A stretch of DNA of 64,000 nucleotides from contig CAWGBN010000002.1 of NCBI GenBank assembly GCA_963820825.1, forward strand, positions 256,001-320,000, read 5' to 3'. Each line of letters begins with the position of its first letter. Position 1 is the first letter of the stretch. Shown one piece after another: positions 1 through 10,354 of this stretch. Below the pieces are notes generated by a model that worked only from the letters and a program-made list of their open reading frames with translations, had not been told where the DNA came from and did no database searches. The position numbers and the translations under genes were made by a program. Origin of the DNA: Vulcanimicrobiota bacterium (GTDB lineage: Bacteria > Vulcanimicrobiota > Vulcanimicrobiia > Vulcanimicrobiales > Vulcanimicrobiaceae).

Positions 1-396
1 CCCGATCACGGCGTTCTCCGGCTCGAGTGCCAAGTCGAGTACCGGAGCGCAATCGAGCGTACATCCGGCACGCCGCAGGTCGAAGCCGATCTGAACGCCG
101 GCGAATCGTGCCAGCTCGAGATCGCCGGCCGCACCCAACGCCATCATCGACGGCATCGGCTCGACACCGGCGCGCAAACGCGCGACCGGGCCGCCCTCCT
201 GGTCGATCGCAATCACCGGCACGAGCGCACCGCCACGCGCGCGCAGCGCGTCGGTCACTGCGCGAACCTCTTGCAGCGACGCGTTCTCCTCGGGGAAGAG
301 GAGATAGCCTCCGTAGTGCGGTTCGGGGAGCCTCGCGTTCGAGCCGGCGACGCCGGCCATGATGACGCCGCGTGCGAGTGCGAGCGTATCGCTCAC
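1..396 (-). CDS. nagZ: GH3 beta-N-acetylhexosaminidase (NagZ-like), N-terminal part, runs off the window
   Basis: Manual translation from GTG at 396: MSDTLALARGVIMAG...VIAIDQEGGPVARL...MPSMMALGA...APVLDLALEPENAVIG. Contains the GH3 DQEGG and APVLD motifs; GTGA overlap with the ABC ATPase stop. Not in the ORF track. Confidence 0.8.
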   Translation of the reverse strand, partial: MSDTLALARGVIMAGVAGSNARLPEPHYGGYLLFPEENASLQEVRAVTDALRARGGALVPVIAIDQEGGPVARLRAGVEPMPSMMALGAAGDLELARFAGVQIGFDLRRAGCTLDCAPVLDLALEPENAVIG

Positions 397-1361
397 GCGA
401 CGGCGCGTCCGGTCTGCGGATCGAAGCGCCGCACCGATTCCGCGGGCAGGTCGAGCGCGATTCGATCGCCGACGCGCGCCGGCTCCGACGCGGGAACGCG
501 CACTGCGAGCCGGCCGCGCCCGGTCTCGACTTCGAGAAATGCGTCGGCGCCGGTGCTTTCGCGGCGCACGACCGATCCGCTCAGCGTACCGTCCGGACGC
601 AGTCGAATGCGCTCGGGCCGGATTCCGGCGATCGTTCCGCGATCTTCGAAGAGATTCATCGGACGCTCGCCGAGAAAGCGCGCGACGACCAGCGACCGCG
701 GCGAATCGTAGACGCGTTGCGGTTCGCCGACGTCCTCGATCCGGCCGTTTACCAGCACGGCTAGCAGATCGCCCACCCCCATCGCCTCGGCGTGATCGTG
801 CGTCACGTAAAGGATCGGTCCGGTAAATCGTTGGCGCACGCCGATCACTTCGTCACGCACCGAGCGGCGCAGCGCGGGATCCAGATGCGCGAGCGGCTCG
901 TCGAGGAGCAGCGCAAGCGGATCGGAGAGCAGCGCTCGCGCGATCGACGCACGTTGACGCTCGCCGCCTGAGAGCTGCCGCGGGCGCCGGTCCAGATGCT
1001 TGGCGACGTGAAGCGCTGCCGCCGTCGCCGCGAGGTGCTCGTCGGTGCCTTGGCGGTGTCGCAGAGCGAAGCGAAGATTCTCACGCACGCTCATGTTTGC
1101 AAAGAGTGCGTCGTCCTGCGCGACGAGCGCGATTCTGCGCCGCTGCGGCGGCTCGCCGGCCACTGAGCGGCCATCGAGACGCACGTCGCCGCTGCGCGCG
1201 CGCAGCAGACCCGCGACAACGCGCAGCAAGGTCGTCTTTCCCGCGCCCGAGGGACCAACGACGGCCAGCGTCGTGCCCTGCGGAACCTCGAGTGAGACTC
1301 GATCGAGCGCACGGCGCGCTTCGTCTCCAAAATGAAAGGTCAGCTCGGTGGTCGAGAGCAC
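393..1361 (-). CDS. ABC transporter ATP-binding protein (MalK/PotA-like, C-terminal TOBE domain)
   Basis: Walker A GPSGAGKT, LSGGERQR signature, LLLDEP Walker B, YVTHD H-loop. Confidence 0.93.
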   Translation of the reverse strand: MLSTTELTFHFGDEARRALDRVSLEVPQGTTLAVVGPSGAGKTTLLRVVAGLLRARSGDVRLDGRSVAGEPPQRRRIALVAQDDALFANMSVRENLRFALRHRQGTDEHLAATAAALHVAKHLDRRPRQLSGGERQRASIARALLSDPLALLLDEPLAHLDPALRRSVRDEVIGVRQRFTGPILYVTHDHAEAMGVGDLLAVLVNGRIEDVGEPQRVYDSPRSLVVARFLGERPMNLFEDRGTIAGIRPERIRLRPDGTLSGSVVRRESTGADAFLEVETGRGRLAVRVPASEPARVGDRIALDLPAESVRRFDPQTGRAVA

Positions 1362-1663
1362 TATTGCGCGCGCCGATCCAGGCTCCGATACTCCTCGCGC
1401 GCCGCCGCGTCGCCGGTGCGCGCGCGGGTTACGACGTCGCGAAGCCAGGTAACCGTCGCGTCGTCGGCCTTCCTGCCCGCAAGAACCAAGCGCAGGGCGA
1501 TCAACGCGAGATCCGGCGTCCGCGCTCCCAGTCGCGCCAATCCCTCGTAGAAGGGCGATGCGCCCTCCGCTTGCGGGCGCCGTTCGAGCAAGGCTCGCAC
1601 CACCTCCGATTTCGAAGGCTCACCGTCGAGAAGATAGCCGTCGAGCAACTCGAAGTCCATCAC
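1361..1663 (-). CDS. hypothetical protein (about 100 aa)
   Basis: Protein-like composition; its stop overlaps the ABC ATPase start by 1 nt. Confidence 0.65.
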   Translation of the reverse strand: MMDFELLDGYLLDGEPSKSEVVRALLERRPQAEGASPFYEGLARLGARTPDLALIALRLVLAGRKADDATVTWLRDVVTRARTGDAAAREEYRSLDRRAQ

Positions 1664-1665
1664 TC

Positions 1666-3120
1666 ATGGGCTTCGCCAGGCGAACCGGTTTGCTCTGCGC
1701 GCTCGTACTCGGCACGCTGGGAGCGAACCGGAACGACGGCGACGTCTCGGCACTGCTCGCGCGCATGCGCGCCGCGGCAGGTCCGGTCTGGCAGGCGCAT
1801 CTGGTATCGGTATCGCGCCTCTCGTTCGGCAACTCGCAGAACCTGGTCTCGAGCGATAGCGCCGGCCTGCGGATCACCGTACGGCATTGCGCCGGAGAGC
1901 TCTGCAACGGCAGCTATTTCGACGGCGCGCATCTATACTCGGTCAACATGAACGGCACCGCGGTACCGGAGTCGCTCGAGCCGGAACCCTTTCTGCGGTC
2001 CCTGCGCCTCATCGCGTCGCTGCAGTTTCTGGCACCGTCGTTCACGGCCCGCGGCGGCCGGATCGGCGACGTAAGCAGCGCAACGTTTGCCGGTAGGAGC
2101 TATCGAACGATCGTGGTCGGCGAGGTCAACGCGGTCCCGCTGCGTCTCTATATCGATCCGCAGAGCGCGCTCGTACGGCTGGCGCGCGAAATCGGAGGCG
2201 GGGAGACCTTCGAGTATCGCGCCTATCGCCGCGTCGGCCCGTTTACGCTGCCGTTCGAGGTCTTACACGACGGTCAGCCGTTCGAGCGCTACGACGATCG
2301 CGCCGCCGTCTCGTCTCCTTTTGCGCCCCCACGCGGACCGACGCCGGCGTTTCGCGGTGCACCGGCTGCCGTACCGACCGACCCGCGAGCGGTCACGCCG
2401 ATCATCGATTGCATCGTCGCGGGCGTTGCGGTGCGATGCTTGGTCGACACCGGCAACTCCGGGCTCTCGATGAGCAGCGAGTTGGCAAGCCGGCTGGGTG
2501 CGCCGGTGGTCGGTAACTACGAGGTTCGCGGTCTCGGCGGCTACACCACGCAGGTCGTCCGCGCCGGACCGCTGCGCGTCGCCAATGCGACGTTTCCCGA
2601 CGCGTACTACGCCGTTCTCACCGATCTTCGCCGCTACGGTTACGACGTCGTGCTCGGCGCCGACGCGCTCGCATCGACCGGCCTCCAGATCGATGCGGGC
2701 AGCCATACCATCCGTCTGGCCACCTCCGGCGCGCACGCGCGCATCGCCGTTCCGGTTTCATTCGAGAACTTCGTTCCGGTGATCGACGTCGGACTCGGCA
2801 GCGTGCATGCGGCGCTTGCAGTGGATACGGGCGACGAGTCGAATATCAATCTTGCGTACGACTTTTATGCCAAGCATCCGGGACTCTTCAGCATCGCCCA
2901 GCGACGGTTCGTGAGCGGAATCGGCGGCAGCAGCGTCGAGTTGATCGGGGAGATTCCGGCGGTAACGCTCGGCGATTACCGGACCGGTCCGCAACGAATC
3001 GGAACGACTCAGACGCTGCGCGGAACGGGCTTCGGCCACCTCGGCGCAGCATTCTTACAGCAGTTCCTCGTCGAGCTCGATTATGCCGCCGCACAGCTCC
3101 GCCTCGCACCGAGGACGTGA
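1666..3120 (+). CDS. secreted retropepsin-like aspartyl protease with two catalytic domains
   Basis: Signal-like N-terminus MGFARRTGLLCALVLGTLGA; two DTG motifs (LVDTGNS, AVDTGDES), each followed by an LG motif. Confidence 0.8.
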   Translation: MGFARRTGLLCALVLGTLGANRNDGDVSALLARMRAAAGPVWQAHLVSVSRLSFGNSQNLVSSDSAGLRITVRHCAGELCNGSYFDGAHLYSVNMNGTAVPESLEPEPFLRSLRLIASLQFLAPSFTARGGRIGDVSSATFAGRSYRTIVVGEVNAVPLRLYIDPQSALVRLAREIGGGETFEYRAYRRVGPFTLPFEVLHDGQPFERYDDRAAVSSPFAPPRGPTPAFRGAPAAVPTDPRAVTPIIDCIVAGVAVRCLVDTGNSGLSMSSELASRLGAPVVGNYEVRGLGGYTTQVVRAGPLRVANATFPDAYYAVLTDLRRYGYDVVLGADALASTGLQIDAGSHTIRLATSGAHARIAVPVSFENFVPVIDVGLGSVHAALAVDTGDESNINLAYDFYAKHPGLFSIAQRRFVSGIGGSSVELIGEIPAVTLGDYRTGPQRIGTTQTLRGTGFGHLGAAFLQQFLVELDYAAAQLRLAPRT

Positions 3121-3680
3121 CCGCAAAGCTCATTCGCCGCCTCGCCGCATGCGCGTTTGCCGCAAGCCTTCTCTACTCTCCGGGCGCGAACGCGATGGCG
3201 CTCGACCGCTGTACGGTCGTTGCGGCCGAGATGATGGACGTCGTCGACTCATCTGATGCCCGGCCCGGTGATTTCTTCCGTTTCCAAACCGTGAACGCGG
3301 TGACGGCCGGCAGACAAGTCGTGATTCCGTCGCGCACGGTGGGATACGGCGTCGTGACGGTCGCCGCGCCGGCGGGGCGCGACGCGCGTCCCGGAGTCCT
3401 CGTCCTCGAGCCGCGATACCTCGTGCTGCCCGACGGAAGACACCTCGGCGTCGTGCTCAACCATAACGTGAACTCCGATCCGCTCGATAAGGCCGGTCCG
3501 ACCGACGGTATTCCCGGCTATCTCGGCGCAATTCCACTGCTCGGCGTCGGGGCGGCGATCGGTATCTTCAATCATTTTCGAAAGGGCAAGAACATCGTCG
3601 TTCTGCGGGGGACGGTCTTTACAGTCTTTCCGAGCGATGATCCCTCGGTCGAACGCTGCCAAGACCATCCTTCGTATTAG
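3117..3680 (+). CDS. secreted hypothetical protein
   Basis: Signal peptide ending ANA; GTGA overlap with the upstream gene. Confidence 0.75.
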   Translation: MTAKLIRRLAACAFAASLLYSPGANAMALDRCTVVAAEMMDVVDSSDARPGDFFRFQTVNAVTAGRQVVIPSRTVGYGVVTVAAPAGRDARPGVLVLEPRYLVLPDGRHLGVVLNHNVNSDPLDKAGPTDGIPGYLGAIPLLGVGAAIGIFNHFRKGKNIVVLRGTVFTVFPSDDPSVERCQDHPSY

Positions 3681-3736
3681 CGTAGTCTCTTTATAACCCG
3701 AGAGGACGACGCGGGATGCGGTCAAACGTCGCGTGC

Positions 3737-4495
3737 ATGCACTTTCGTGCGAACGACGGGGCCGAGCTCGCTTTCGAAGAGCGCGGATCCGGCGAGCCCG
3801 CCTTTCTCTTCATTCACGGCTGGCAGGCCGATCGCAGCGTCTGGCACGATCTCGCTGCCGCCCTCGGCTCCGCCGCGCACGTAATCGTCCCCGATGCGCG
3901 TGGCAGCGGCGAATCGCAGCCGGCGAAAGGACCATTTACGCTCGATCGCTTCGCCGCGGATCTGCGCGAGCTCGTCGACGCGCGCGGCTTCGGACCCGTC
4001 GTACTCATCGGTCACTCGATGGGGGCGACCGTCGCGTTACGCTTTGCCGTCGATTACCCGGAGCTCGTGCGCGCACTCGTGCTGATCGCGCCGGTGCCGG
4101 CAAGCGGCGGCGGATACTCGCCCAAAGGCGCGGCCTACTTGCGTTCAACTGCAGGCGATCCCGCGGTGCAGCGGGGTTGGCTCGCACGCACGCTCGCGCA
4201 GCCGCCCGACGAGGCGAGGCTCGAACGGCTCTGCGCCGCCGCGGGACGAACGCCGCGAGACGTCGCGCTGGAATCCTTCGAATCGTGGGCGCATTCCGAT
4301 TTTGCCGAAGCGACGCGAACGATCGCGGCGCCGGCGCTGGTCATCGCTCCCGAGCACGACGCGCGCGAGACGCGCGAGCGCGTTGCGGAGCTGCTGCCCA
4401 ACTCGCGCTACGTCGAACTGCCGGGATGCGCGCACTATGCGATTCTCGAGCAACCGCGGGCGATTGCGGAGCTGATCTCCGAGTTCGTCGCTTGA
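3737..4495 (+). CDS. alpha/beta hydrolase
   Basis: FIHGW oxyanion motif, GHSMG nucleophile elbow, C-terminal His (CAHY). Confidence 0.9.
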   Translation: MHFRANDGAELAFEERGSGEPAFLFIHGWQADRSVWHDLAAALGSAAHVIVPDARGSGESQPAKGPFTLDRFAADLRELVDARGFGPVVLIGHSMGATVALRFAVDYPELVRALVLIAPVPASGGGYSPKGAAYLRSTAGDPAVQRGWLARTLAQPPDEARLERLCAAAGRTPRDVALESFESWAHSDFAEATRTIAAPALVIAPEHDARETRERVAELLPNSRYVELPGCAHYAILEQPRAIAELISEFVA

Positions 4496-7155
4496 ACGCC
4501 GAACGCAAGCGGCTCGAGACTGGGCGCGAGAAAGCGCTCTGGCACCGCTGGGGACCCTACCTCAGCGAGCGGCAGTGGGGAACCGTGCGCGAGGATTACA
4601 GCCCGTACGGCACCGCATGGGAGTATCTGCCGCACGATCACGCGCGCTCGCGCGCCTATCGGTGGGGCGAGGACGGCATCGCCGGCATCTGCGATCGCTA
4701 TCAGCTCCTCTGCTTCTCCGTCGCGATGTGGAACGGTAAGGACCCCATCCTCAAGGAGCGGCTCTTCGGACTGACCGGCAACGAAGGCAACCACGGCGAG
4801 GACGTCAAGGAGTACTACTTCTTCCTCGACGCGCTTCCGTCGCACGCCTACATGAAGATGCTCTATCGCTATCCTCAGGCGGAGTATCCGTACGCGCAGC
4901 TCGTCGACGTGAACCGGCGGCGCACGCGACTCGATCCGGAGTACGAGCTGATCGACACCGGCGTTCTCGACGGGGATCGCTTCTTCGACGTCTACGTCGA
5001 GTACGCGAAGGCCGCTCCCGACGACGTTCTCGTTCGCATCACCGTTGAGAACCGCGGACCGGAGCGCGCGCGGCTGACGCTGCTGCCGACGCTTTGGTTT
5101 CGCAACACCTGGTCGTGGAAGCCCGGCGTAGCCAAGCCGGTACTCGAAGAAGAACCGGGATTGCCCGACGTCAGAATCGTTCGCGCGAGCCACGAGCGCC
5201 TCGATACCTATCGGCTCTACTGCGAAGAGTCCGACGAACTGCTCTTTACCGAGAACGAAACCAACGCCCAGCGTCTCTTCGGCGCGCCCAACGCCTCACC
5301 GTACGTAAAGGATGCGATCGATGCGTACGTCGTCGCCGGCAATCGCGAGGCGATCGATCCGGCGACGTGCGGAACGAAGTGCGCGGCGCGCTACGAGCTC
5401 GACGTCGCGCCGGGTCAGCGCCAGATCGTCCGGCTGCGGCTCTGCGATCGCGCGCGCGGCGAGCCGTTCGAGGGATTCGAACGCATCTTCGAGCAGCGCA
5501 TCGCCGAGGCCGACGAATTCTACCGCGACCTCAACGCCTTTCCGGTCACCGACGACGAGCGCGCGGTTCAGCGGCAAGCCTTCGCGGGACTCCTCTGGAG
5601 CAAACAGTTCTATAACTACGTCGTCCACGATTGGCTCGACGGCGATCCGCTCCAGCCGCCCCCGCCGCCGCAGCGCACGCATGGGCGCAATAGCGGCTGG
5701 GATCACTTCTATAGCGACGACGTCGTGGCGATGCCCGATACCTGGGAGTATCCCTGGTTTGCCGCTTGGGATTTGGCCTTTCACTGCGTCGTCTTTGCCA
5801 TGATCGATCCCGAGTTCGCCAAGGTCCAGCTCTCGCTGCTCACCCGCGAATACTACATGCATCCCAACGGTCAGCTTCCGGCCTACGAGTGGGCCTTCGG
5901 CGACGTCAATCCGCCGGTGCACGCCTGGGCCGCCTATCGCATCTTCAAAATCGAACGCAAGCAGACCGGTCGCGGCGATCTCTTCTTCCTCGAGCGCGTC
6001 TTTCAGAAACTGCTGCTCACCTTTACGTGGTGGGTCAATCGCAAAGATCCATCGGGGCGCAACGTCTTCGAGGGCGGATTCCTCGGGCTCGATAACATCG
6101 GCATCTTCGATCGCAGCGCGCCGTTGCCCGGCGGGGGTTCGCTCGACCAAGCCGACGGCACGAGTTGGATGGGCGTCTTTACCCTCAACATGCTCGCGAT
6201 CGCGCTCGAGCTCGCGCGCGAGATGCCCGTCTACGAAGATATCGCCTCAAAGTTCTTCGAGCATTTTCTGCTGATCGCCGACGCGATGAACAAGATCGGC
6301 GGCGACGAGGATCGCGGGCTCTGGGACGACGAGGATGGTTTCTACTACGATTACCTCCACGCCGACGGCAACGTCATCCCGCTTCAGATCCGCTCGCTCG
6401 TCGGACTCGCGCCGCTGCTCGCGGTCGAGACGTTCGATGGGACGATCCGCGACAAGCTCCCCGGCTTCGCCAAGAAGCTCGAGTGGTTCGTTGCGAACCG
6501 TCCCGACCTCATCGAGAATATCGCGGAGATGAACCTCGGGGGCGTCGGGATCCGGCGCATCCTCTCGGTGGTCGACCGCGACCGGCTCAAACGGCTGCTG
6601 CGCCGCATGCTCGACGAATCGGAATTTCTCTCACCGTACGGCATTCGCTCGCTCTCTCGCGAGCACGACGCACACCCGTACTCGCTCCAGCTCGACGGGC
6701 GGGAGTACCGGATCGATTACGAGCCGGCCGAATCGACGACCGGACTCTTCGGCGGGAACTCAAACTGGCGCGGCCCGGTATGGTTTCCGATCAACTATCT
6801 GATCATCGAAGCGCTGCAGAAGTATCACTACTTTTACGGCGACGACTTCAAGGTGGAGCTGCCGACGGGTTCGGGACGGATGATGACGCTCTGGGATGTC
6901 TCGATGGAGCTCTCGCACCGGCTCATCGGTATCTTCACTCGCGACGCGCAGGGGCGGCGTGCGGTCTTCGGCGCGAGCGAGACGTTCCAGCAGAACCCGC
7001 TCTGGCGCGATCACGTTCCGTTCTACGAATACTTCCACGGCGATAACGGCGCCGGGCTCGGCGCGAGCCACCAGACCGGCTGGACCGCGCTCGTCGCTAA
7101 GCTAATTCAGCAATGCGGCGAGTATTGCCGTCAGGGAAAGCACCCGTTTGATTGA
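4492..7155 (+). CDS. GH63 / MGH1-like glucosidase
   Basis: [61 protein letters not shown] start overlaps the upstream TGA. Confidence 0.9.
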   Translation: MNAERKRLETGREKALWHRWGPYLSERQWGTVREDYSPYGTAWEYLPHDHARSRAYRWGEDGIAGICDRYQLLCFSVAMWNGKDPILKERLFGLTGNEGNHGEDVKEYYFFLDALPSHAYMKMLYRYPQAEYPYAQLVDVNRRRTRLDPEYELIDTGVLDGDRFFDVYVEYAKAAPDDVLVRITVENRGPERARLTLLPTLWFRNTWSWKPGVAKPVLEEEPGLPDVRIVRASHERLDTYRLYCEESDELLFTENETNAQRLFGAPNASPYVKDAIDAYVVAGNREAIDPATCGTKCAARYELDVAPGQRQIVRLRLCDRARGEPFEGFERIFEQRIAEADEFYRDLNAFPVTDDERAVQRQAFAGLLWSKQFYNYVVHDWLDGDPLQPPPPPQRTHGRNSGWDHFYSDDVVAMPDTWEYPWFAAWDLAFHCVVFAMIDPEFAKVQLSLLTREYYMHPNGQLPAYEWAFGDVNPPVHAWAAYRIFKIERKQTGRGDLFFLERVFQKLLLTFTWWVNRKDPSGRNVFEGGFLGLDNIGIFDRSAPLPGGGSLDQADGTSWMGVFTLNMLAIALELAREMPVYEDIASKFFEHFLLIADAMNKIGGDEDRGLWDDEDGFYYDYLHADGNVIPLQIRSLVGLAPLLAVETFDGTIRDKLPGFAKKLEWFVANRPDLIENIAEMNLGGVGIRRILSVVDRDRLKRLLRRMLDESEFLSPYGIRSLSREHDAHPYSLQLDGREYRIDYEPAESTTGLFGGNSNWRGPVWFPINYLIIEALQKYHYFYGDDFKVELPTGSGRMMTLWDVSMELSHRLIGIFTRDAQGRRAVFGASETFQQNPLWRDHVPFYEYFHGDNGAGLGASHQTGWTALVAKLIQQCGEYCRQGKHPFD

Positions 7156-9114
7156 CGGCACTTTGCCGATAGACTTCGGCCGCTCGATCTGCGGCGAGCT
7201 GCTCGAAGCCGAGCGGCGCGAATGGCTGGTGACCAACGGATTGGGCGGCTTCGCCTCGGGGACGATCGCGGGAACGCTCACGCGCCGGTATCACGGGCTG
7301 CTCGTCGCGGCCTTGAAACCGCCGCTGCAGCGCACGCTGCTCGTTGCCAAGTTCGACGAGACGGTCACCTACCGCGCAACTCCCTACACGCTGGCGACGA
7401 ATCGCTGGAAGGACGAATATCTCGCGCCCCGCGGATTCGACCTGATCGAGCGCTTCTATCTCGAGGGGACGACGCCGGTTTGGGAGTACGCGCTTGCCGA
7501 CGCGCTGATCGAGAAACGAATCTGGATGGCGCCGGGCGCGAACGTCACGTACATTCGCTATCGCGCGTTGCGCGCGGCCGAGCCGCTGGCGATCGAGCCT
7601 GGTCGCGCTCGCCAACTACCGGGATTTTCACGGCAACACGCATGCCGGCGATTGGCAGATGGGGATCGCGCAGGGTGCCGGCGGCGTCACGATTACCGCC
7701 TACGACGGGGCCACGCTCTTCTCCATCGTCGCCGACCGCGCGACGGTTACGCCGCAGAACGTCTGGTATCGCGATTTCGTGCTCGCGCAAGAGACCGCGC
7801 GCGGATTGGACGACCGCGACGATCATCTTGCGGTGGCGCGATTTACCTTCACGCTGCAGCCCGGCGAGAGCGTCACGCTCGCGGCGGGAGTTGGTCGCGC
7901 CGATGACTTGGGCGGTGTCATCCTGAGCGTAGCATCGCGCAGCGATGCGAAGTCGAAGGACCAAGAACCATGGTGGGTTGGGCAGCTCGAGCGCGCGGCG
8001 GAGCAATTTATCGTGGCGCGCCCGACGGCGAGCGACCCCGACGGACGAACGATTATCGCCGGGTATCATTGGTTCGGCGATTGGGGGCGCGACACGATGA
8101 TCGCCTTGCCGGGGTTGACGCTCGCGACCGGGCATACCGAGATCGCCCGAAAGATCCTTACCGCGTTCGCTCCCTTCGTCGACCGCGGTATGCTTCCGAA
8201 CTTCTTCCCCGAAGCCGGCGAGTCGCCCGAATACAACACTGCCGATGCGGCACTTTGGTACGTCGAGGCGGCTGCCGCGTACGTCGACGCGACCGCCGAA
8301 TCGTGCGACGCTACGCGTGCTCTGGCCCTCGCTGCGCGACGTCGTAACCTCGTATCGCGCCGGCACGCGCTACGGGATTCACATGGACGGCGACGGCATC
8401 GTCGTCGCAAGTGCACCCGGCCTGCAGCTCACGTGGATGGATGCAAAAATCGGCGACTGGGTGGTAACGCCGCGGATGGGAAAGCCGGTCGAAATTGCGG
8501 CGCTTTGGTATAACGCGCTCGAACGGATGACCGCGCTCGCCGCGCTGCTCGGCGAGCCCGCCGACGAGTACGCCGCACTTGCCAAACGCGCCCGCCGAGG
8601 CTTCGAGCGGTTCTGGAACGGCGATGCCGGCTATTGCTACGACGTCATCGACGGCCCCGGCGGCAACGACGCGACGTTGCGGCCGAATCAAATCTTTGCC
8701 GTCTCGCTGCCGCATTCGCCGTTGAACGCGGCGCAGCAGCGCGCGGTCGTCGACGTCTGCGCCGCGGAGCTGCTCACCACGAACGGCTTGCGAACGCTAG
8801 CGCCCTCCGATCCGCGATCTGTCGCGCGATACGGCGGATCGCCGCACGATCGCGACGCCGCCTATCATCAAGGAACCGTTTGGCCATGGCTGCTCGGAGC
8901 ATTTACGATCGCTCACGCGCGCGTCTATCGCGATCGAGACGCGGCGCGTTCGTTTCTCTCCCCGCTCGCCGATCAGCTCAGCGACCACGGTCTCGGTTCG
9001 ATCTCGGAACTCGCCGACGCGGCTGCGCCGTATCGGCCGAACGGAGCGATCGCGCAGGCTTGGTCGGTCGCCGAACTCTTGCGGGCCTGGAAAGAGGTTG
9101 GGCGGCTCCCATAG
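7148..9114 (+). CDS. amylo-alpha-1,6-glucosidase (glycogen debranching enzyme family), frameshifted near 7600 and 8300
   Basis: [56 protein letters not shown] and AQAWSVAE are spread over three frames. Confidence 0.88.
7916..7961 (+). repeat. REP-like palindromic element inside a coding sequence
   Basis: TGTCATCCTGAGCGTAG-hairpin(GCATCGC/GCGATGC)-GAAGTCGAAGGAC; a related copy lies at 24819-24860 on the minus strand. Confidence 0.75.
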
Positions 9115-9132
9115 GCCAAGCTTGAGCGCGCA

Positions 9133-9177
9133 CGGGATGGAGCTCCCGGTAACTGCCGAACGGCTGATGGCTCCTGA
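9133..9177 (+). ncRNA. fluoride (crcB-motif) riboswitch aptamer
   Basis: CGGGATGGAGCTCCCG-GTAACT-GCCGAACGGC-TGATGGCTCCTG matches the GGnGATGGAGyTCnCC..AAC..GCTGATGrCTCCT architecture, with a GGAGC/GCTCC pseudoknot; directly upstream of a cation:proton antiporter. Confidence 0.88.
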
Positions 9178-9206
9178 TCAAACTTTTCTTTGACGGGAGC
9201 TTTTTT
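9170..9206 (+). terminator. riboswitch expression platform: intrinsic terminator that also sequesters the SD
   Basis: GCTCCTGATCAAA...TTTGACGGGAGC followed by TTTTTT and then ATG 9207; the 5' arm overlaps the aptamer pseudoknot strand. Confidence 0.8.
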
Positions 9207-10346
9207 ATGTGGCTAATCGCCGGTCTCTGGTTGTCACTCGCCGCCGCCAGCGGCTTCATTGCGATTCGTCTCAAGATGCCGGCCGCGCTGGTCGAAATCA
9301 TCATCGGGATGCTCGCCGGCAATCTGATTGCCCTTCGCACGAACGCCTGGATCGATTTCGTCGCCGGATTCGGCAGCATTCTCTTGACGTTTCTAGCCGG
9401 CGCCGAGATCGATCCGGTCGTCTTGCGCCGTCAGCTCGTGCCGTCGTCGGTCCTCGGCGCCGCATCCTTCGGCGCGCCGTTCTTGGCGGCGATGGCTTAC
9501 GCCCATTTCGTCGGCCACTGGACGCCCGACGCATCGAAGATCGCCGGGATCGCGATGTCGACCACCTCGGTAGCGGTCGTGTACGCGGTGATGATCGAGT
9601 CGGGACTCGCCGGCAAAGAATTCGGGCAGCTGATCCTCGCCGCATGTTTCTTCACCGACCTCGGCACGGTCGTCGCGCTGGGCCTGCTCTTTGCAAACTA
9701 CAATCTTTGGCTGGCCGCATTGGTCGCCGGGATCGTCGTCGCAATCTTCCTCGTGCCGAGGCTATTGCCACAATTGATCGAGCGCACGGGCCGCTACGTC
9801 AGCGAGCCCGCGCTGCGCGTGCTCTTCGCGGTCATCTTCCTGCTCGCCGCGCTGGCCACGAATGCCAAGAGCGAGGGCGTTCTGCCCGCCTACTTTCTCG
9901 GGCTCGCCTGCGCCGGCCTGATGACCGCGATGCCCGACGTCAAGCGCCGCCTTCAGACGATGACGATGACGCTCCTAGCCCCATTCTACTTTTTGAAGGC
10001 CGGAACGTACATCGAGTTCGGCGCGGCGCTTGCAAACATCAGCCTCATCGCCGCGCTGTTCTTCGTCAAGGTTGGAGCGAAGATCGTCGGCGTGCTTCCC
10101 ACGGCCCGCTTCGTCTTTCGGTACGGCGCGAGCAATGCGAACTATTTGACTCTGATGATGGCGACCGGCCTGACCTTCGGCACGATCTCGAGCCTCTACG
10201 GCTTGACCCATCACTACATCACGCAAGGCCAGTATACGGCGCTCGTGACCGTGGTGATCTTGACGGCAATTATCCCCACGGCGATCGCTCAGGCACTCTT
10301 CAAGCCGATCGAAGAACCCGAGGAGATGGAGGCCGAAGTCCCGTAG
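9207..10346 (+). CDS. cation:proton antiporter (CPA2/Kef-type)
   Basis: About 12 hydrophobic segments; LTFLAGAEID, STTSVAVV, ACFFTDLGTV motifs. Confidence 0.88.
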   Translation: MWLIAGLWLSLAAASGFIAIRLKMPAALVEIIIGMLAGNLIALRTNAWIDFVAGFGSILLTFLAGAEIDPVVLRRQLVPSSVLGAASFGAPFLAAMAYAHFVGHWTPDASKIAGIAMSTTSVAVVYAVMIESGLAGKEFGQLILAACFFTDLGTVVALGLLFANYNLWLAALVAGIVVAIFLVPRLLPQLIERTGRYVSEPALRVLFAVIFLLAALATNAKSEGVLPAYFLGLACAGLMTAMPDVKRRLQTMTMTLLAPFYFLKAGTYIEFGAALANISLIAALFFVKVGAKIVGVLPTARFVFRYGASNANYLTLMMATGLTFGTISSLYGLTHHYITQGQYTALVTVVILTAIIPTAIAQALFKPIEEPEEMEAEVP

Positions 10347-10354
10347 CCAGGCGA

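Noticed and set aside
3733..4491. N-terminal 253 aa of the 1140-aa ORF
   Set aside because: Arg-rich off-frame read of the alpha/beta hydrolase gene; GH63 homology begins at TTG 4492
9209..10354. N-terminal half of the 704-aa ORF as an antiporter-GlgB fusion
   Set aside because: Shadow frame of the antiporter gene; GlgB-like sequence starts only at about 10355
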